Both the position numbers and the translations under genes were made by a program. This document shows, piece by piece, positions 43,032 through 55,887 of a DNA stretch of 64,000 bases. The notes below the pieces were generated by a model that was given only the letters and a program-made list of their open reading frames with translations, searched no databases and had not been told where the DNA came from. Origin of the DNA: Octopus vulgaris (Eukaryota); contig OX597835.1 in the NCBI GenBank assembly GCA_951406725.2, positions 8,990,001-9,054,000 on the forward strand, written 5' to 3'. How positions within the stretch are numbered: the first letter of the stretch is position 1; each line of letters opens with the position of its first letter.

Positions 43032-43340
43032 AAGGTATGTAGAAAAATACAACATGGACAAGAACGTATAACTCTTAGAAGACGATACAATAAACACGGA
43101 CAGGACATTCGAAACCCTCAGTCTTCAGTCAAGAACCGGATCATCGTAGTAATTTCGGCTGATTAATCTTGAGATTACTAGATCACGGCCAGCCCTCCAA
43201 GAAAAACTAAGCAACGAGCATTAGAAAAACTAAGCTGGGAGCGTAGATTTCCTGGAAGAAGGATCGAATGCATACGGACACCAGGACAGTAAAAGGGACG
43301 AATATAAAAAAACAAAAAAATAATGGAATACAGAAACATG
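43028..43340 (-). mobile_element. Probable PLE pLTR-like insert abutting (TA)n, atypical core
   Basis: Minus strand has CTCAAGA…GAAA and CTGAAGA…GAAT motifs and a T-rich end like the other inserts; no clean hammerhead fold. Confidence 0.35.
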
Positions 43341-44214
43341 AAATACAGAAGCATTAACGGTGATCGGGTAGTATATTTGCCACCTAGACGTGGCGGATCT
43401 GGGTTTCTGGTTAGTAACTCGTCTACTCAGAAACTCGGCTCTGTGCGTATCACGTAAGGCCAGAGATTGGAACGATGACTTCCCTTCGCAAATACTAATC
43501 GGACACTGTCTTCTGGGGCTATAAACAACAGTAGAATCGCTCTCCTATAGGTCTGCCACGTTTAGATTGTCAAACATACTTCACAATTCCGCGCTGCTAC
43601 TGATATTCATTATTGCTTGTTTCTCCTTTTTCAAGATCAGCGACAGTTTGTCACTGGAAAAAGCATAGAGTATTTTGCGTTTGGAATGAGTTCTCTTCGT
43701 TTCCTTGTGATCATCACACACTGATATATATTTAGAATAATAAGGTTGTCAGAGTATTGGTTGATTATAACTTAGATTGGCTTCGGCCACTATCGGCCCA
43801 GGCAATTGCACGACCTGGAAATGCGTTTTAGTTAATTATTTCGGGACATTATGGACCACTCAAGCAGAGTTTATACAAATAGACGCAACCAAGAAAAAGT
43901 ATTAAGTTGAAAACAAAATACACTAAAAAAAGGGAAAAGGGGTCAATAAAATAAAAGGAAATTACGTGCTTCCCAAACAAAAAAAATTAAAAGGGGACAT
44001 GTTTTAGGGAAGATGGTACACTCCTTCCAACGTGAGAAAGTGGTATGACTCGGCCATTATAAAATCAGACTCTCGTTGTAGGATGTCAGTAGTAGTAGAG
44101 TCGTTGTACGAGCTCTCAGTTGGAGCCAATGCCAGTTACATGATACATACATACATATACATATATGTATAAATGTATTGCATTTATCTGAAGTGATATA
44201 TGTACATATCTATA

Positions 44215-44560
44215 TTTATGCACGTGCTTTCGTGTTTAACCCACTCCGTGATACTTTCGGCAAATGTCTCCTACTATGGCCCTGAGTTCACAAATGCATT
44301 ATCAGTGAATTTGGTAGACGAAAAATATGTGGAAACCCGTCCATATATAAGTGCCTTTATACCTGTGTTTGTCTTTCCCACCGCAGCACTTGACATCCCG
44401 GACTGGTCACTTTAGGTCGGCAAAAGAAAGCGTTAGAAGTAATAATAGACTTGGCGTAAATTATATGTAGTCCGTTAGATTGTTTTTAGGAAAACCATTC
44501 AAAGCGGTGCTCTAGTATGGTCGCTGTCCAGTGACTGAAGTAAGTAAAATTTAAAAGATA
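44215..44560 (+). mobile_element. Diverged family C SINE
   Basis: GTGAATTTGGTAGACG…TCGGCAAAAGAAAGCG…GCGGTGCTCTAGTATGG…TGACTGAAGTAAGTAAAA. Confidence 0.7.
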
Positions 44561-44667
44561 TGGTTATGCGTGTCCGCGCATGTGTAACAGTGTTTCGAAG
44601 CTGTTTATCAATCATAGAATACGTTGCCGCTTCTACACCTGATATCATAAAATATTAATCAGCGTCT

Positions 44668-44800
44668 GATACTTATTAACAGTCGAGCAAATTGGAGCAA
44701 TGTGAAAAAATACCATGCTTAAGGACTCAACGTGCTGCCCGATCCAGGAATCGAAACCCACGAACTTCAGATCATGATCGCAACATCCTAAACACCAGGA
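44668..44800 (-). mobile_element. Old CORE-type SINE head
   Basis: TGGAGCAATGTGAAA…CCAGGAATCGAAACCC…GATCATGA…CCTAAACACCAG resembles the family B reverse complement. Confidence 0.55.
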
Positions 44801-45679
44801 CACCAAAACACATACACACACACACACACACAAAGACACACACACACACACACACACAAACACGCACATAGACACACGCGTGATTCTACACTTATAGATT
44901 ACGTTAAGATAAGTAGGGGCGTGTACTTGTGTATATGCGTATGAATGAACGTATATCGTTGAATACATGTGAGCAAACAGTGGTGGTAGGTATTCAGCCG
45001 TCATATCCCATTAAATAGCTCCACATGAGATTTAACAGTCATTAGAGTACAAGTGAGAAAATGAAAGCAGATACACCAAATGCGCCAGCAGGAGGTTTTT
45101 TTATGAAACAAAGTTTTTCCATAGAACCTATTTTAATATGCATTACTTTTAGTCAGCCAGTACATTTATTATTCGTTTATTTCCTATATATATATATGTA
45201 TGAATGGCACAGTGCCTGGCTCTGGTTCTTCCTAATGTAAAGTTATTTGTATATTTGCATTAATCTCTATGTTTGTACGTATTTAAGTGTAATCTACCTT
45301 AAGTAGTTTCGCTGTAAGATAAACGATGGATATTTTACTGTTACATTTTCTTAACTAGGCGCATTCTTTAAGCTAAGCACAGCCATGTACACTTCTAATG
45401 CTAACACTAAATATAAATCCCATCAAGCAAACAAAAAATAGAGAAGTATATATACACATATACACTCGGACACACATATACACAATTTCTTATGCGTTTG
45501 TGCATATTGTATACGCATGTATTGTGTGTGTTTGTGTGTGTGTGTGTATAGGTACATTCCTGCACATGTGTATCTCTGTGCGTTTGCAATATAGCGTATA
45601 AAACATTCATACGGGAACATATGTGTAGGAATGCTGCTTGACCAAATGGTTAAATAATTCGCTTCGCAATCACATCTCA

Positions 45680-48430
45680 CCGGGTTCAATCTTACCTTAC
45701 CGTGCAGTATACTTTAGCATATCTTGTGATTGAATTTGCATCGACTGGAACCTATCGGAAGAATTGTTCCTGTAGTACAAATATCTACCTTACAATGTGC
45801 CACATCAAACATGTTGTGACATCAAGCAATGCTGATACACACAACCAAGAAATCCACTGAGATGATAACATACCGGGTTCAATCTTACCGTGCAGTATAC
45901 TTTAGCATATCTTGTGATTGAATTTGCATCGACTGGAACCTATCGGAAGAATTGTTCCTGTAGTACAAATATCTACCTAACAATGTGCCACATCAAACAT
46001 GTTGTGACATCAAGCAATGCTGATACACACAACCAAGAAATCCACTGAGATGATAACATACCGGGTTCAATCTTACCGTGCAGTATACTTTAGCATATCT
46101 TGTGATTGAATTTGCATCGACTGGAACCTATCGGAAGAATTGTTCCTGTAGTACAAATATCTACCTTACAATGTGCCACATCAAACATGTTGTGACATCA
46201 AGCAATGCTGATACACACAACCAAGAAATCCACTGAGATGATAACATACCGGGTTCAATCTTACCGTGCAGTATACTTTAGCATATCTTGTGATTGAATT
46301 TGCATCGACTGGAACCTATCGGAAGAATTGTTCCTGTAGTACAAATATCTACCTTACAATGTGCCTCATCAAACATGTTGTGACATCAAGCAATGCTGAT
46401 ACACACAACCAAGAAATCCACTGAGATGATAACATACCGGGTTCAATCTTACCGTGCAGTATACTTTAGCATATCTTGTGATTGAATTTGCATCGACTGG
46501 AACCTATCGGAAGAATTGTTCCTGTAGTACAAATATCTACCTTACAATGTGCCACATCAAACATGTTGTGACATCAAGCAATGCTGATACACACAACCAA
46601 GAAATCCACTGAGATGATAACATACCGGGTTCAATCTTACCGTGCAGTATACTTTAGCATATCTTGTGATTGAATTTGCATCGACTGGAACCTATCGGAA
46701 GAATTGTTCCTGTAGTACAAATATCTACCTTACAATGTGCCACATCAAACATGTTGTGACATCAAGCAATGCTGATACACACAACCAAGAAATCCACTGA
46801 GATGATAACATACCGGGTTCAATCTTACCGTGCAGTATACTTTAGCATATCTTGTGATTGAATTTGCATCGACTGGAACCTATCGGAAGAATTGTTCCTG
46901 TAGTACAAATATCTACCTTACAATGTGCCACATCAAGCATGTTGTGACATCAAGCAATGCTGATACACACAACCAAGAAATCCACTGAGATGATAACATA
47001 CCGGGTTCAATCTTACCGTGCAGTATACTTTAGCATATCTTGTGATTGAATTTGCATCGACTGGAACCTATCGGAAGAATTGTTCCTGTAGTACAAATAT
47101 CTACCTTACAATGTGCCACATCAAACATGTTGTGACATCAAGCAATGCTGATACACACAACCAAGAAATCCACTGAGATGATAACATACCGGGTTCAATC
47201 TTACCGTGCAGTATACTTTAGCATATCTTGTGATTGAATTTGCATCGACTGGAACCTATCGGAAGAATTGTTCCTGTAGTACAAATATCTACCTTACAAT
47301 GTGCCACATCAAACATGTTGTGACATCAAGCAATGCTGATACACACAACCAAGAAATCCACTGAGATGATAACATACCGGGTTCAATCTTACCGTGCAGT
47401 ATACTTTAGCATATCTTGTGATTGAATTTGCATCGACCGGAACCTATCGGAAGAATTGTTCCTGTAGTACAAATATCTACCTTACAATGTGCCACATCAA
47501 ACATGTTGTGACATCAAGCAATGCTGATACACACAACCAAGAAATCCACTGAGATGATAACATACCGGGTTCAATCTTACCGTGCAGTATACTTTAGCAT
47601 ATCTTGTGATTGAATTTGCATCGACTGGAACCTATCGGAAGAATTGTTCCTGTAGTACAAATATCTACCTTACAATGTGCCACATCAAACATGTTGTGAC
47701 ATCAAGCAATGCTGATACACACAACCAAGAAATCCACTGAGATGATAACATACCGGGTTCAATCTTACCGTGCAGTATACTTTAGCATATCTTGTGATTG
47801 AATTTGCATCGACTGGAACCTATCGGAAGAATTGTTCCTGTAGTACAAATATCTACCTTACAATGTGCCTCATCAAACATGTTGTGACATCAAGCAATGC
47901 TGATACACACAACCAAGAAATCCACTGAGATGATAACATACCGGGTTCAATCTTACCGTGCAGTATACTTTAGCATATCTTGTGATTGAATTTGCATCGA
48001 CTGGAACCTATCGGAAGAATTGTTCCTGTAGTACAAATATCTACCTTACAATGTGCCACATCAAACATGTTGTGACATCAAGCAATGCTGATACACACAA
48101 CCAAGAAATCCACTGAGATGATAACATACCGGGTTCAATCTTACCGTGCAGTATACTTTAGCATATCTTGTGATTGAATTTGCATCGACTGGAACTATCG
48201 GAAGAATTGTTCCGTAGTACAAATATCTACCTTACAATGTGCCTATCAAACATGTTGTGACATCAAGCAATGCTGATGTGATTGTAATTTGCATATCGAC
48301 GACTGAACCTATCGGAAGAATTGTTCCTGTAGTACAAATATCTACCTTACAATGTGCCACATCAAACATGTTGTGACATCAAGCAATGCTGATACACACA
48401 ACCAAGAAATCCACTGAGATGATAACATTC
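45680..48430. repeat. 188-bp tandem repeat array, ~15 units, starting within a decayed SINE
   Basis: CCGGGTTCAATCTTACC at 45680, 45873, 46061, 46249 … 48129 (period 188); units nearly identical; last two rearranged. Confidence 0.97.
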
Positions 48431-49043
48431 CGGCGTCTTATACTAGAAAAATAACTTTATCGAGGGACTCTCATTCATATCAATCACATTATATTCATGA
48501 TCACGATGTTGGTTTTCATGCACATCTTATCATCGCTGACCACTCCTTTATTTTACCATGCTTCTAATGCTTATACAGAATTTCTAATCATTTGTGAAAA
48601 GACACTTATTAATTGGATGCGACACCTGTCAGAGAGTTTAGAGATATCCCAAGATCTATCAGTACCGACGTAAAATATGCGTGTGTAGAATTTCTTTATT
48701 CTTGAAGTAAGTAGATAATCTTCCATTCCGAATAAACTTGATAAATGGAGATCAGGAAGAATTTTTACGCTTTTGTTTTCATCATCAGTTTTGAGAATTC
48801 TTCAACTGATATTGCGTTTCATGATGAAATACTTACTATTTTGGTAGAAAGTATTGCCAAGGAATATGTTGAAAACAATGGTCTGAAAGAAGTAAATTGC
48901 TGAGTTATATTCGAATATTATTTGCGACAGGAAACGGTGAACATATTCAAACGTAACAATTTTTACAAACCAAAACTGAGGCAACTAAAGAATTCTAAAG
49001 TAATTATCTTATTTTTGAAGAAAATGAAAATGACGACGACGCC

Positions 49044-49074
<31 letters not shown>

Positions 49075-49097
49075 GTGATGACGAAGGTGGTACTGCT

Positions 49098-49320
49098 AGC
49101 TGGCAGAAACGTTAGCGCGCCGGGCGAAATGCTTAGCGGTATTTCGTCTGCGTTACGTTGTGAGTTCAAATTCCGCCGAGGTCGACTTTGCCTTTCATCC
49201 TTTCGGGGTCGATAAATTAAGTACCAGTTACGCACTGGGGTCGATGTAATCGACTTAATACCTATGTCTGTCCTTGTTTGTCCCCTCTGTGTTTAGCCCC
49301 TTGTGGGTAATAAAGAAATA
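49098..49320 (+). mobile_element. Family D SINE
   Basis: TSD GGTACTGCT at 49089-49097 and 49321-49329. Confidence 0.92.
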
Positions 49321-49329
49321 GGTACTGCT

Positions 49330-49360
<31 letters not shown>

Positions 49361-49564
49361 ACGACGACAACGAATTCTTAAATTGCCAAAGTCGCTCAGC
49401 TATGCCACCTCACATTATAAACGTAAAATTTGGCTCTATTATGATGTTAATACTTAGTTTCAATGTATGAAGTTCTGTAAAATGTTATGAAGTTATTGCA
49501 AAAGAATTAACGGGAATTGTTACACAAATAGCTCTCACTTCATGCAAAAATTATAGCTACTACA

Positions 49565-49796
49565 TATTTCTTTATTACCTACAAGGGGCTAAACACAGCG
49601 GGTACAAACAAGGACAGACATAGGTATTAAGTCGATTACATCGACCCCAGTGCGTAACTGGTACTTAATTTATCGACCCCGAAAGGATAAAAGGCAAAGT
49701 CGACCTCGGCGGAATTTGAACTCACAACGTAACGCAGACGAAATATCGCTAAGCATTTCGCCCGGCGCGCTAACGTTTCTGCCAGCTCGCCGCCTT
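49565..49796 (-). mobile_element. Family D SINE
   Basis: Flanking repeat TTATAGCTACT at 49551-49561 and 49795-49805. Confidence 0.92.
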
Positions 49797-50307
49797 ATAG
49801 CTACTACCTGTGCAACACAAACTGATACGATTCCGTGCATAGCTTTGGTACCGAGAGGGCGGAATATCCATTTTAGCGTCGAAATAAACAGTGACCTTTC
49901 ATATCAGTTTTTGCTTCTACAATAAATAAACGTCAGGCACAGCGTCTTAATAAACTAATATGGAAACAAGCCAAGCCAGCGTTTAGGCCGACAGAACTAT
50001 AGACCAAATTTGTATAGTACATGAAATGATAGATTTTAGCTCACACGAAACAAGGCCACCTTATATGAAACTATAGTGTTTTAACTAGTATTATAGTCGT
50101 AAATAAACTAGTTTACTAAAGTACATGCGTTTCGTATTGCTCCTTAAACTAGTGTTATGCGTTACTAAGGAAGCATCTTTACATTAAGAAAATGCCTTTG
50201 TTATGTAAGTATTCACTTTAGAATATTAAATTATCTCTAGGATAGAGGAAAAATAAAAGCTTCAAGTTAATCAAAATCTAGTATGTCTATAAATCAGAAT
50301 GCTGTAT

Positions 50308-50547
50308 TCTTTTATTATTTCAGTCATTTGACTGCAGCCATGCTGGAGCATCGCCTAAAAAAGCTTTTATTCTTTCACCCTCGAAGAAATAGACCCCGAT
50401 ACTTATTCTTTTGTAAGCCTAGTACTTATTCTATCAGTCTGTTTCGCCGAAACATTATGTTACGGAGACGGATACACACCAGCATCGGTTGTCAAGTCTT
50501 ATTCGGGAACAAAGACAGACGTAAAGACACACACATAAATACATACA

Positions 50548-50632
<85 letters not shown>

Positions 50633-50758
50633 GCTCCTTTCGGTTCCTCTCTACTAAATTCACTCACAAGACTTTGGTCGGCCCGAGATATAGGAGAATA
50701 CACTTCCAGGACTGAACCCGGAACCGTATGGCAAGCAGAAAGCGCTCTACCTGCGCCT
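50308..50758 (-). mobile_element. Family C SINE
   Basis: CAGTCATTTGACTGCAGCCATGCTGGAGCA…internal (CT)n(TA)n…CCTGCGCCT. Confidence 0.85.
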
Positions 50759-51334
50759 ATGTATATTGAATTTTTTTAACATAGAAGCTGACGCCGTCCA
50801 ATAACGTGACTATATCAAATGAATATAAGATAGAATCTGAAAATTTCCTAAGCTATCTTAATATAATACTATCAGATAAAGAAGTAACAAGAAAAAAACT
50901 CAAAGCTTATTTGTAGATATCTACAGGAATTGTGTTTTGTTGGGGTTTTTTTTTAACAGCAATTGAAATGTTGGGATTGATTTCACTGAAATTCATTGAA
51001 ATGATTCAACTATTTAAATTATGTTGTGGAAATGTAGACCAAATCAAAATTGACTTTCATAAACGTTATTCATACGATTATTTAGAAAACATACTGGGTT
51101 ATTATAAGGGTAACAAATAGAAATTATAGCATGTTATACAATTACTTGAAATGTTTATAAATATATAAATATTAGAAAGCATATTGAAGAAATTCAGTTC
51201 CTGCTCCCTTTTGTGTGTAGGAATGTAAGGTTTACAGCAAGCGGCATTTGGAGCATACATATATAGTACGATATCAGAGAAAACAACACGGAGGACGTAG
51301 CTAAAATCTGTATTACTTTGAAAGGTTTTTTGCA

Positions 51335-51538
51335 CACACACATACATCAAACACGCACGAATACACACACACACACACATACACACACATACACACACAC
51401 ACACACACACACCATACAATGCCATAAATGGCAGAGAAATAGCTTGGTGAAATTTTGTTTAGCAATAAGAAAATTAAAAATTCACGATGAATTGTTTCGT
51501 AACTATAAAAAAAAATTAATAAATGCGCCCTTTGAAAG
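51335..51538 (-). repeat. Inverted duplicate of 51849-52016, flanked by direct repeats
   Basis: GAGAAATAGCTTGGTGAAATTTTGTTTAGCAATAAG is the reverse complement of ~51915-51951; CTTTGAAAGGTTTTTT(T)GCA at 51316-51334 and 51530-51549. Confidence 0.85.
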
Positions 51539-51616
51539 GTTTTTTTGCATCAGGTATGTAATTTATTTATTATTAAATATATTATAAATTATTTACATGT
51601 TTTATGTTACGAACGT

Positions 51617-51862
51617 GGAGGCGAGTGGTTTAGTGGTTAGGGTGTCAGCATCATGATCGTAAGAGTGTGGTTTCGATTCCTGGACCGGGCGACGTGGTGT
51701 GTTCTTGAGCAAAACGCTTCATTTTACGTTGCTCCAGTCCACTCAGCTGGCAGAAATGAGTAACGCTGCGATGGACTGGCGTCCCGTCCAACTGGGGTAC
51801 ACATACAGCGTTGAAATCGGGGAAACCGGTCGCATGACCCCGGCTAGGCTTTAAAAGGGCGC
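51617..51862 (+). mobile_element. CORE-type SINE, family B body with a third 3' tail
   Basis: tRNA head, CORE-like segment, then CTGCGATGGACTGGCGTCCCGTCCA…GGCTTTAAAAGGGCGC. Confidence 0.85.
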
Positions 51863-52149
51863 TTTTATTTATTTTGTTATGGTTGCGAAACAATTCATCG
51901 TGCTTTTTTAATTTTCTTATTGCTAAACAAAATTTCACCGAGCTATTTCTCTGTCATTTATGGCATTGTATTGTGTGTGTGTGTGTGCGTGCGTGTTTGA
52001 TGTATGTGTGTGTGCATATATATATTTAGGTATCTCTGTATGTATGTATGTATGTATATATGACTAAATGTATGTATATATATATATATATAACAAACTA
52101 AATCCGAAATCGTGATTACCAAAAACGCATCTAATGTGACTGATATATC

Positions 52150-52520
52150 GTGGGACACTGTCGGTTACGACGACGAGGGTTCCAGTTAAACCGATGAAGG
52201 GAACAGCCTGCTAGTGAAATTAACGTGCAAGTAGCTGAGCACTATACAGACACGTGTACCCTTAACATAATTCTCGGGGTGATTCAGCGTGACACAAAGT
52301 GTAACAAGGCTGGCCCTTTGAAATACAATTGTAACAGAAACAGGAAGAATGAGTGAGAGAAATTTGCGGTGAAAGAGCAGGGTTCACCACTACCCCCTGA
52401 CGGAGCCTCGTAGGGCTTTAGGTGTTTTCTCTCAGTAAACACTCGCAACGCCCGTTATGGGAATTGAAACCACGATCCTACGACCACGAGTCCGTTACCT
52501 TAACCACTAGACCATTGCCC
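52150..52520 (-). mobile_element. Family A SINE, diverged
   Basis: Reverse complement of 966-1347. Confidence 0.88.
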
Positions 52521-53963
52521 ATCACGACTGAAATATATGAGTGTTTGTATTAGATTTATACATAAATATTCATGCATGTATCTATAAATACATGCACACA
52601 CACATACATACACATAGGTTCATTCACTCATATGTATGTATATAGAATAAGAGAGAGTGACTGACAGTGTGAGATTTGTAAATGTGTTGACTTTATTAGC
52701 AATATGCACACATGAATATAAAACATTCTGTAAAATATTTTTGGACTAAATAATAAATTATATAAAACGTTGTTAATCTGTGACGATGCATAAATATATT
52801 TTAATTACTATCGTTATTCAAATTCTCAGAAAGATTGCGTTTCCCTCATTAACTCTTTCCTGTAAGGAGAAACTTAAATTTAATATACCTCCAGCAACTT
52901 GCATGTGTGTGGTGTTCATTTTATCAGAAACAAAATTCAGGTTTCATAAATTGGAGAATTTTATTTTCTGCATAATTTTCCGATCCAGAAGTTATTATAT
53001 ATAAGTTTCCTACTTGGAAATATATATATGGAAAAGATAATTAAACAAAAATTGGTCAGGGATTCTATATGCTTAAAGGCTTTCTCGTAAAGAAAGTAAA
53101 TATTCCCCAATAAAATATATCTTGATGGATTATTTTGTTATAAATCAGATTGATAGAAAGGAAGATAGATAGATAGATAGATGCGTTCATATGTATACAT
53201 ACACACATATATAAATAAGGATACACATACATTTACGTGTGTCTGTAAGGGTTTACATACATATATATTTATTAATTTCTCATTGATTGCTAGGTAATTC
53301 TCAGATGTAGATAAACGTTGAAAATATTCGAAAATTGTTATCATGGGACATTGAAAATTGATTCGGTTTTATCTTTGTTCTATGATTCTAAGATATTAAG
53401 TTTCATTATTAAATGTCTTCCGTAAGGATGAATTATAAATTTTCTAAATCACACACACATATACACACACACTCACAAATATACATTCAAGTTCGCACAC
53501 ACGTGTGTGCTCATGCGCATGTACGCACATACTCATACAAGTATAACATATCGTGAAGTTTGAATATAAAACAAAACCTTTTCGGTGGAATATATCAAGG
53601 TATCGCAGATTTCTCGTACAGGTGTTTTGGCAGTTGTTTTGGCAGTGACTTGACGGAGAGATTCCATTCATTTTTGTCCAAGTTCCGAGGCATTTGTGAC
53701 CGCCCCCAACGAAACTGCTGACCCTCATTTCAAAGCACCCCACCAAGTACAGTAGTATTTTGTAAAGCAGGAGATATTGGAGTATCCGTGGGAGGATGCC
53801 ATGTGGAGAAACGGTAGACTTGAACTATTTAGTATATGGAAGGAAGCCATACGGATAAATAGTAAACTTGAAGTATTTAGCTAGGTGTGATATATGTTCG
53901 AGGACCGTTCAAAAATCAGGCGCCAAAGCTAAAGCTGCGCGGACGCAATCATTTTGGTGGTAA

Positions 53964-54736
53964 ATTTAGATAGTGGTAAATTCTCAGAAAAATAGGTAGG
54001 ATGGCGATGGCATAAACCCTTTTACTATTATCAGTTAACGAGGCTTACAATAGAAAATATAGGACGCTGCATTGAGATCTAGATGAGCATTAGGTGTACA
54101 GAGGAGTAAAATAGATATAATCAAAATATCAAAAAAAAAATATGTATTATTATTTTTTCTATAATAAAAGAAACTATTATTTTTTTTAATTACGAAGATA
54201 TATAAGGAACTTAAAAAGGAAACTTAATGTTTACTTTATTATACTAAATTAGCAGTTTCGCCCGGCGTTGCTCGGGTTTGTAAGGGAAATAACTATATAA
54301 GCATTTTTACAGAGTCACTTCCCTTATATAATAGCTAAAAATGTATTAAAAATGGGAAAAAATGATGGTAATTTTTTTTTAAATCGTAGACTCATTGTAG
54401 ACGCACGCTAATACCCAGAAGGGCTCGAAATGAATTACGACAATAAGATACCTGGTTTTGGTTAAACTGCACCGCAAAATGTGGGAGTAGTTAGGAATCT
54501 AAATCGTAGGAGACAGACACCACACAACTTCACCTTTATATATAATGATATTATAATACATAGACTTTGCTATATTTTGACTTTTTTCTATTTTTACCCT
54601 CTGTACTCCTAATGCCCATCTATATATCATTGTATCGTCCTATATTTTCTATTTTAGGCGCCGTTAACTGATAATAATAAGAGTTTATGCCATCCCCATC
54701 CCATCTATTTTTCTGGTCATTAACCACTATCTAAAT
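53964..54736. mobile_element. MITE-like element with ~170-bp diverged terminal inverted repeats, interrupted by a Helitron
   Basis: ATTTAGATAGTGGT…TATCAGTTAACG…ATAGAAAATATAGGACG (53964-54135) mirrors CGTCCTATATTTTCTAT…CGTTAACTGATA…ACCACTATCTAAAT (54565-54736). Confidence 0.7.
54249..54548 (-). mobile_element. Non-autonomous Helitron, shorter variant
   Basis: Reverse complement of 18868-19265 lacking ~100 bp; same hairpin; ends TC and CTAA. Confidence 0.85.
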
Positions 54737-55512
54737 GACTTCCTCTGAGATTTGTTTTTTCATGTGGTCAACTGAATCAATAGCCATAGAAAAGAATGGC
54801 TTGGGAGAATATCTAACAATATTAATTTATGACCAGCAACGAGAATTTAAGTGTCAACTCATAGTGTCTTAATACTGGGGGCATTCGATCTTAAGAGGAT
54901 GGATAAAAATTGTAGCTAGCCCCACTGCGTTTCCATTTATGCTATTCCAAAATTCTGGTTGCTCCCCTTTAAGCTTCTTCTGCCACATTAGTAGCAGCAG
55001 GGAATTCCTTCCTTATCAAGCTCTGATGAAATATTTGCTTAAATTATAATAGAATATCATGACTGTTGAAAATGTGTATTTTGCAACTGCAGATGGAGAT
55101 GCATTTCAAACTGATGTAATGCCTGCATTGTTTCATTAGACAGAGTCGCCTGAAACAGCCGTATGCCATTAGTACCTTCTCATCCTTTTTAGATGTTTGC
55201 TTTTTATTCACCTTGCTTCGAGCAGTGTGGATAATATCGGACGGGCTTGTTGCATCAACTGAAGTACCTTATTCAACTGAATCTTAATTATTTCTTATAT
55301 ATATTTGTGTGTGTGTGTGTGTTTATGTATATATGTAGGATGTATTTATGTATAAATATATGAATATGTATGTGTAGAAAGACATATAGGTATAAATATA
55401 TATATATATATATTTATATATGTATAAGGATGAAAAGGGACACACGAGTTGATATATACGAAAATAACAAGTCAAGATAGAAAATGCTAAAATAATTTTA
55501 TAAAGAACATTT

Positions 55513-55559
55513 CAGTACCAGATTCAGTCATTTGAGACCATTTGAGACCTTTTCAACTG
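55513..55559 (-). ncRNA. Hammerhead-like motif with U3-A8 covariant core (degenerate copy)
   Basis: Minus strand: CAG-TTGAAAA-GGTC…GACT-GAATC TG GTA-CTG; within an insert (~55425-55710) between TA-rich tracts. Confidence 0.5.
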
Positions 55560-55795
55560 TAAAAATTAAAAAAATTAAATTTATAAAAATTAAAGAAAAG
55601 TTTTTTTAAAAAGAATATTTGTATAGTGTTCAAATATATGTGGCATTTTCCTGGTTTCCGTCTCTGTCTCTGTCTCTCTTGTTTATTCTTGTAGGTTCAA
55701 GGTCCACAATATATATATATATATATATATAATTTCAATATAAATATATGGTTGTACCTCCAATACTGTCTTCTAGTGTGATTTTTGCTACCAAG

Positions 55796-55887
<92 letters not shown>

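Noticed and set aside
43095-43180. Hammerhead in the 43028 insert
   Set aside because: One motif has G5C (CTCAAGA); the other has GAAT and no stem I pairing; no consistent fold found by eye
43360-43900. Decayed LINE RT remnant (VYLPPRRGGSG, like RLYLPR..GGRGL)
   Set aside because: A single short motif with no continuous frame
45680-48430. CRISPR-like array or hammerhead-containing satellite
   Set aside because: Units are identical end to end with no unique spacers, the context is eukaryotic, no cas genes are present, and I found no CUGANGA…GAAA core on either strand of the unit
54900-55200. Possible pogo/Tigger transposase remnant on the minus strand
   Set aside because: Too degraded to support by eye
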